This document shows positions 57,134-64,000 of a stretch of 64,000 nucleotides of DNA, one piece after another. The stretch lies in assembly GCF_000315625.1 (NCBI RefSeq), contig NW_005434615.1, positions 130,852 through 194,851 of the forward strand. Direction: 5' to 3'. The notes under the pieces were generated by a model that saw only the letters and a list, made by a program, of their open reading frames with translations, was not told where the DNA came from and searched no databases. Every line of letters begins with the position of its first letter. Within the stretch, counting starts at the first letter, position 1. This stretch comes from Guillardia theta CCMP2712 (taxonomy: Eukaryota; Protista; Cryptophyta). A program made the position numbers and the translations under genes.

Positions 57134-60100
57134 ATGAGGCACCATCGCTTCGAAGAGTCGGACAAACCTGCCCAGATGCAATACTCCAGAATCATCCATA
57201 AAGTCCTTCCTTTCCTATGGCCTGAGAATCTTCAACTGCGTTTCCGCGTCGTCATCTGTGTTCTCCTCATCATCTCCGCGCGTGTAGCGAACGTGATGGT
57301 ACCTCAGCTCTACAAGGGAATCATCGACTCGCTGACCGGCAGCAAGACAGCCGATCCTTTGTTTCCTCTTGGATACATCATCATCTACACCGGCCTGAAG
57401 CTCTTCCAGACATTGCAAAGGGATGCCAGAGGGTTCGTGTGGTTGGACGTGGAGCAAGACACAAACAAAAGGATCAAGTTGGCGATCTTCTCGCACCTCC
57501 ACTCGCTCTCACACTCCTACCATATCAGTAGAAAGACAGGAGAGGTCCTCAAGGTCACTGAAAGAGGAGCCAGCAGCCTTCAGTCGCTGCTCAACATGGC
57601 CTTGTTCACCATCGGGCCGACGATCTTCGATCTTATCCTCATCTGCACAGTGCTGATGATCGACACGGACGTTGCATGCTCGCTCGTGATCCTCGTGTCT
57701 ATGGTGGTGTACTTCTACATAACTATCTACATGAACGACTGGAGGAAGCAGTTCCGCCGCGCCATGATCGATGCGGACAATCAGTGCAGCGATCGAGCTG
57801 TGAACTCGCTCATGAACTTTGAGACGGTGAAGTTCTTCGGGATGGAGAGGAAGGAGTGCGAGTACTTCGAGGAGAACCTCGTCGACTACAACCGAGCGGC
57901 TTGGAAGAACGAGGCCTCTCTTTATGCACTCAATGCTGCACAGCAGACTACCCTAGCAGCCGGAGCGTTTCTGTGCATGTACATCTCAGGTATAGTGTGT
58001 ATGAGCTGCTGCTCTCGTCTCTGAGGTCGAGGCAGGAAAGAAGGTGGTGGATGGAAGCTTGACTGTGGGAGATTTCGTGATGATCCAGACCTACATCGTG
58101 CAACTTTCTCAGCCCCTTGCGGTTCGCACTTGTCGGGTTGTTGTCTTTCTTCTGACTGCGATTCCTCAGTGGTTGGGAACAGCCTGGAGGGTTTTACAGC
58201 AGGCCTTCATTGACATGGAGAAGATGTTTGAGTTGCTGGATGTCAAGGCAAGAGACGTTTCAAGGGCCTGACTTGCTCTTGACGTCTTTCTATCAGCCGG
58301 ACATTGTCGACGCTCCTGACGCCGTGGCGCTAGAGGTAACTGGACTTGCTGAGACGAGTCGCGGCCGGATCTCATTCTGACCAAAGGTGACCAAGGGAGA
58401 AATCTCCTTCAGAAACGTCACTTTCAAGTACGACTACGGCAAATCCGAAGTGCTCCCTTCCTTGCTCCCTTCCCTTCCCCTCCCTCACCTCCCTCAGGTA
58501 CTCTCAGACCTCTCCTTTGAAATTCCTGCCGGACACACCGCGGCGTTCGTTGGGAAGACAGGAGCAGGTCGGAGCAAGAGGAGGGGAGCAGGAGGAGGCA
58601 GAAGGGGGAAATGGAGGAAAAGAGGACAACAAGGAGAGGTCAACGCATGGAATGACGGGAAGTGCAGGCAAGAGCACCATCGCGCGTCTGCTCATGCGCT
58701 TCTACGAGCTGGACACGAAGGAACAAGGAGCCGTGTGCGTTGATGGCATGGTCAGCGAGTTCTGTTCCCTCCTCTAGCGTGACGCTACCTCCATAGGATA
58801 TCCGCAAGGTCAAACAGCAGTCGCTGCGAGAGGCCATCGGCATCGTGCCGCAGGTTCCTGAACCCTCTGTACTCCCCTGTTGTCCTCCCTCCCCTTCCTC
58901 CCTCCCAGTCTCCCGCCCCCCCCCCCCCCATGCTTCCTCCGTCCTCCCTCCTCTCACGTTCCTCCAGGACGCTGTGCTGTTCAACGACACAATCAGGTAC
59001 AACTTGGCCTACGGCAGGTGAATGGCTGAACCCTCGCCACCTTGTCCTACCTGACTACCCCTCGTCTCGTCTCGTCTCGTCTCGTCTCGTCTCGTCTCGT
59101 CTCGTCTCGTCTCGTCTCGTCTCGTCTCGTCTCGTCTCGTCTCGTCTCGTCTCCTCTCCTCTCCTCGTCTCCTCTCCTCTCCTCGTCTCCTCTTCTCGTC
59201 TCCTCTCCCCTCCGTTCCTCACCCTCCTGCTCTCTTTTTGAGAGCTCTTGCAGGCAAGATGCAACTCTGGAGGAGATAATGGAAGCCGCTAGGATTGCTG
59301 CTGTGGTTTGTTGCCTCCCTCCTCTCTCAATTCGCTCCCTTCCGCACCTCCCTCTCTCTCTCCCTCTCCCTCTCCTTGTCCTTGTCCTCCTTCGCCCTCT
59401 GCTCCTTCTCTTTTTCCCTCTCCTCCTCCTTCTCCTCCTCTCTCCTCCCCCTCCTCCTTCTATCTCTCCTCCTTCTCCTTCTCCTTCTCCTTCTCCTTGT
59501 CCCTCTTCTCCTTCTCCTTCTCCTTCTCCTCTGCTCTCCTTTCTTATCCTTTGCCAGCATGACACGATCATGAACTTCCCCGACAAGTACGAGACGAGGG
59601 TGAGGAGGAGCAGTGAAGGGGCAAGACTGAAAGCAGCAACAGGTAGGGGAGAGGGGCTTGAAGCTGTCCGGGGGAGAGAAGCAGGTACCATTCTACCAAT
59701 CATCCCTCTTCCCTCCTCCCCTTCTCTGTCTCCACTCTTCTTCCTCCTCCTCCCCGCCTTTTTTCGGTTTTTCTTCCTTTGTTTGTATGAGCAAGGAGCA
59801 TGACTTGTGATCTCAGAGGGTAATGTGATCTCTTCGCGAAGAGAGACAAGCTTCATCAACACAAGATAAAGAAATGAGTCAGGTGGCTATCGCCAGGACC
59901 ATCCTGAAGAATCCGAAGATCGTTCTCCTCGACGAGGTTTTGCTTCCTTCTCGCCCTCGTCATCATCCTCGTTCTCACTTCTCCTCCTCCTCCTTTGTCC
60001 CTCCTCCTCCTCCTTCTCTCCTCGTCTGCTTACACGCTACCAAGGCCACCAGCGCGCTGGACTCGCACACGGAGTATGAGATCCAGGGAGCGCTGGAGGA

Positions 60101-60493
60101 GATGTGCAAGGGAAGGACGACGCTCATTATCGCCCATCGGCTCTCGACCGTTACACATGCTCACGTCATCTTTGTGCTCGAGGGAGGGGCCATCATCGAG
60201 AAGGGGGCGCATTCCGAGCTCCTCCTCAAGGTCACTCCCCACTGCTTCCTCTCCGTTCCTCTCCTCTCCTGAGACTCCCCTTCCCCCCCCCTCCTCTACA
60301 TCCTGCTCCTCCTCTCCTCGTCATCATCGTTGTCAGTGCTACATCCACCTGTTCATCGTCCCTCCTCCATGGCTTCTCTTCAACGTGATTCTTTGTACAG
60401 GACGGCGTCTATGCCTCCATGTGGAAACGGCAGCTAGAGAAACGAGAGATCACTGTGGTTGGCAAGGAAGAGGAGGAGGGCGCGGCCGACTGA
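57134..60493 (+). CDS. ABCB6: ABCB half-transporter of the ABCB6/HMT1/ATM1 (heavy-metal/Fe-S) subfamily, multi-exon
   Basis: LPFLWP; [23 protein letters not shown]; [11 protein letters not shown]; [11 protein letters not shown]; Walker A VGKTGA|GKST; IGIVPQ|[12 protein letters not shown]; [14 protein letters not shown]|R|[18 protein letters not shown]|ATSALD; [11 protein letters not shown]. Stop TGA at 60491-60493. The start is uncertain and the ortholog label is tentative. Confidence 0.92.
59060..59210. repeat. (CTCGT)n intronic microsatellite degenerating into (CTCCT)n
   Basis: Directly visible inside an ABC-gene intron. Confidence 0.95.
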
Positions 60494-60549
60494 GCTAGAT
60501 AACCGTTTGAACCTTTTAAACCTGTTTATCTTGTAAGTCGTACACATCA

Positions 60550-63500
60550 ACATCCTGAAAGCAGAAGCAGCGTGCGAAGGGGAAGAGCAGAAGGAGTGAA
60601 GCTGGCAAGACAAATGTTCCTCGAACAGCTGGCAAAAAGATTCTCGAGGACATCTGAACAAGAAGGCGATCGAGACTGGTTCTGGTACTGGTGCTGGCGA
60701 TGGTCCTGGTTTAACGATTGGTCGCGGTCTCCTTCTTTGTTTCCATCTAGTGAGCAGCTTGTGCCATCAGCTCGCTTACAAACAATCGCGAGCACAATCA
60801 CGAGCGAGCATGTCATTGCTTTCCTGCAAAGACTGTCGGTCACTACCAGCCTACCAGAACGGCGCGAGCCGAGGGAGGCACAAGACTTTCGGGGCCTCGA
60901 ACGTACCTGCTGACGCTCGTTTCACAGCCTCCTCTGCCTCCCTCAAGAAAGCCGCCTGAACACAGAGAGTGACGACAAGTCAAGTTTCACGCGAGGTCCT
61001 AACCTTCTTGGCTGCAGCATCATCAGCACTCGCCTTCTTCGACGCCAGCTCAGCCATCTTCTTCTGCACGGCCAGTGAGCTTCTCTCACACAAGGGTGAA
61101 CATAATCAAGGTCAACCTGGCGGTACTCTTCTGCTCTCTTCAGCCTGTCTGCATCAGGTTGTGCGTTTACCTTGGCTGAGAATACAGGTCAGGTGTACAC
61201 ATCGATCTTATGCGTCTTCACTTACTGTTGGTTTCGTCATTCTGGGAGGAAGAGGAGGCGTTACGGCTGTGTCTCTTGGCAGCTTCTTCCAGCAGAGCCT
61301 GGCAATGACATCATCATCATTCACCATCAAACGAACCACTGACCTTCTTTCTCGCCAAGAGCTCCTCTGCCTTTCTTCGAATCTCGTCCTCGTCAGAGTG
61401 TTTTGTATCCTTGTCATTAACAATTTTCTTGGGTGAGTGGTTTTCGTTGGGTTGGGATATTCTCGATTGGTCGTTTTCTTTCCCCGAGTCGTTGTTCACG
61501 AACAGACTAGATGACAGGGCCCGAGCATCATCAAGAGCCTTCCTGGCGGCAGCGAGGCGAGCTTGCTTTGCCTCCAGCTCTTGCTTTGAAAGAGCGTCTC
61601 TGAGAATTCGCAGTTTCTCTGAATCCTCCTTCGACTGCTCTGCCGGTTTAGCTTCCCCATCATTTGTTGAAGGCACCTTGCTGATCGACGAGTCTCCGTT
61701 CTCCACCACCTTGCCCGAATCCACAGCCTTTTCCTTGTCTGAAGGCAGTGTTGTGGTGACCTCAGCCTTCTCTTCATCGATTCTCTGGAGTGCCTTGGAC
61801 AAGTTCACTTGGTTTCCATGGTTATTGACATCTTCACTCTCATGAGCCTTCGATTTCTCCGATTCCACGGGAGCTTCAGAACTCTTGTTGCTTGCTGGTT
61901 CAATCTGTGCTTCAACCGTCGGTGTGTTAGACTTTGTCTGAGAGTCTTCCTTCTCTGCCTCCTTCGGTGGTTCTTTCATCTCTTCAGGATGGGCAATTTT
62001 CTCCTTGCTGGATTCATCCTTGCCGTCGGTAGCTGACTTTACCTCAGGCTCCTGCCTAGTAGTTGAGGCCTCCGGGGTCTTGGAGTCTTCGACAGAAGGT
62101 TTTGGGAGCTTCTCCTCTGCTGCTTTTTCCTCAGCTTGACTAGCAGACTTCATTTTTTCTTTCTCCGTGTCGTTCTCAGGGGCTGCTGCCTGTGCTTGCG
62201 AGCTCTGGGAATTTCCGTCAACTGAAGCACTTGATTCGGTGCGGGATTGCGGGGGAGATTCCTTTGCCTGCTGGCATTCAGATTCAGTTCCATGGACACA
62301 AGGTAAGAACACACAAAGACCTCTTGAGGCACACTCTTCTCTTCATCCTTTGCGTGTCTGGTGGTCTCAGAGGGAGCCTCCTTGGTTTTCTTTGGCGATG
62401 CCTCCTTGCTTGGAGCTCGAGCAATTTCAGAGGAAGGCTCTGAAGATTTAGACTCTGGAACTTCGTGCTCCCCCTTACTCACTTCCTTTTCATGCTAAAG
62501 ATCAAACAAAACTATCAGAAGACCAATCGCAGATGTAAGTCAAGAACAAAATCGAAATTACCTCTTGATTGTCAACAACCTCGTCATTGTTCTCTGCTTC
62601 CGATAAATCCTCAGGAGACCAATCCGGTTCTTCTCCCATCACCTGATCACTTTGTGAATTGGATGTCAAAAACAATGAAATAGGAAGAAACCTCCACAAG
62701 TTCCGAGTGTCTAGCCCGTTCCTCATACATCTTTGCTGCAGCACGCTTTTTCGCAGCTTCATCCTCAAGCTTCTGAGCCTCTAGGGCAGCCTGCTGAGCT
62801 TGCTGCATGTAGTCGTTCTTGTCATATGCTTTCTCGATGCTGGCGTCACTGCCATGATCTGATGAACAATCACTGCCCTGAACCTTCTTTTGAGCAAATC
62901 TCGATCTCCCCTGCGATTTCTTCAGATGAAAAAACATTGATCTTTTTCAAACTTACAACAGTTTTCCTTGTCGCATTCTCGTCCTTCTTTTTGAGTACAA
63001 CGTTTTTGAATTCTCTGTCAGCTTGCACAGAAGTATTGAGGTCTTTCGGCTTTGAGGTGGCTGTGTTTCCACCATTCATTTTCCTTTCCAGCCAGATCTC
63101 GTGCGGTGTCTTCTCTCTCACTACGTCCTCGAGCACCTTGCCCGCATATGGCTTGCTCTGCAGCTGCGAATCTATTTGCTGAACGTGTGAGGTGTGTACA
63201 GATTCATTTACATTTGCAACGCTCTCGTTGACTTGTTCCAAGGAATCATCATCTTCGTCTTTCACTCCAAGAAGGTCGTTGACAGATTCGACGATCTCCT
63301 CCTGCAAATTGTGCACAACCGTAGTGATCCAGCTCGAGATTGCACCACGATGAGTGCTGATATTGGCTTTGACAAAGGCAGGAACGTTCTTTCCAATCCA
63401 GCAGACGTATGTGCACTTGCTGCTGCTATCGTCCTCCTTAATGAGCATGTACATGCACTTGTCAAGCGCCCCATTCATCTCCTCTCTCACATAGCCTGCC

Positions 63501-64000
63501 AAACCATCCCGTCCACCATTTCCAGTCTCTATCAGGTGTAGAGTGTTTTTCTTGCCTTCCACGTATCCCAAAATCAACCAACTAAAAGTATCCTCTTCGA
63601 TCTGTTTCAAAGACAGCAGTATGAGTCGTTCTCAAGTTCCAGCTCATTTTGTCAAACTCACATTCGCTTCCCTGAGATCCAGGCACAGCTCTTTGAGGGC
63701 ATCTTCTTCCTCAAATTCCACTTCAATATTTGCCTGAGAAGTTTGGCAAGTTAGGCATCTTGGAGATAACCATGGCTTGACTGCCACCTTTTGGTACATG
63801 GTGTGTGATAACGTCTTGATTGGAGCCTTCTTTGGTACATTCACGTCTGATCCCTATAGACACTCTCAGATACAAGATCGATAACATCGCAGCAAACGAA
63901 AATTACACAGCAAATGACTCACCTTCAACATACTGCCAGTGGCACTCGTGACTGTCACATTGTTGATACTCTTCGCAGCTTTGACTGTGTTTCCCCTCCA
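60550..64000 (-). CDS. 5'-partial multi-exon protein with an ADF-H (coactosin/drebrin-like) actin-binding domain, a long charged low-complexity region and coiled coils
   Basis: SWLILGYVEGKKNTLHLIETGNGGRDGL...KCTYVCWIGKNVPAFVKANISTHRGAI is the ADF-H pattern (W...Y...L.....G.GG...; K.V.I.W.G..V....KA). E/K/S-rich ORF 61317..62312. The 3' end is uncertain. Confidence 0.75.

Noticed and set aside
59042-59862. Arg/Glu- and Ser/Leu-rich ORFs over the ABC gene
   Set aside because: Translations of microsatellite-filled introns.

Overview
Compact eukaryotic genomic DNA with many short (45-60 nt) spliceosomal introns. It is probably from an alga with a complex red-derived plastid. A cryptophyte such as Guillardia is inferred from the bipartite signal+Phe targeting peptides, EsV-1-7-like repeats and microsatellite-filled introns; this is not proven. 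The first 24.8 kb is one 5'-truncated giant gene of more than 8,200 aa. It encodes a type-I membrane protein built from roughly 50 copies of an unrecognised ~130-aa beta-rich repeat, with a near-perfect internal 1-kb duplication, mucin repeats, a Cys-rich region, a ZU5-like domain, one TM helix and a short tail. Downstream are: a putative plastid-targeted protein; an NF-YC-like histone-fold gene; a large LamG/cadherin-like/Cys-rich multi-TM receptor; an ARM-repeat + TIR gene; a MIB/HERC2-domain gene; a plastid-targeted DUF493/YbeD-like gene; a 2.7-kb foldback (inverted-repeat) element; a secreted filamin-Ig/EGF/LamG protein; a secreted EsV-1-7-like Cys/His-repeat protein; an assembly gap; a TCP11 fragment; an ABCB6/HMT1/ATM1-type half transporter with an apparent 3-nt micro-exon; and an ADF-H-domain gene running off the end. 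Two single-base frameshifts in short homopolymers (20756, 35470) are probably sequencing errors. All domain calls come from motif recognition by eye; no searches were run.
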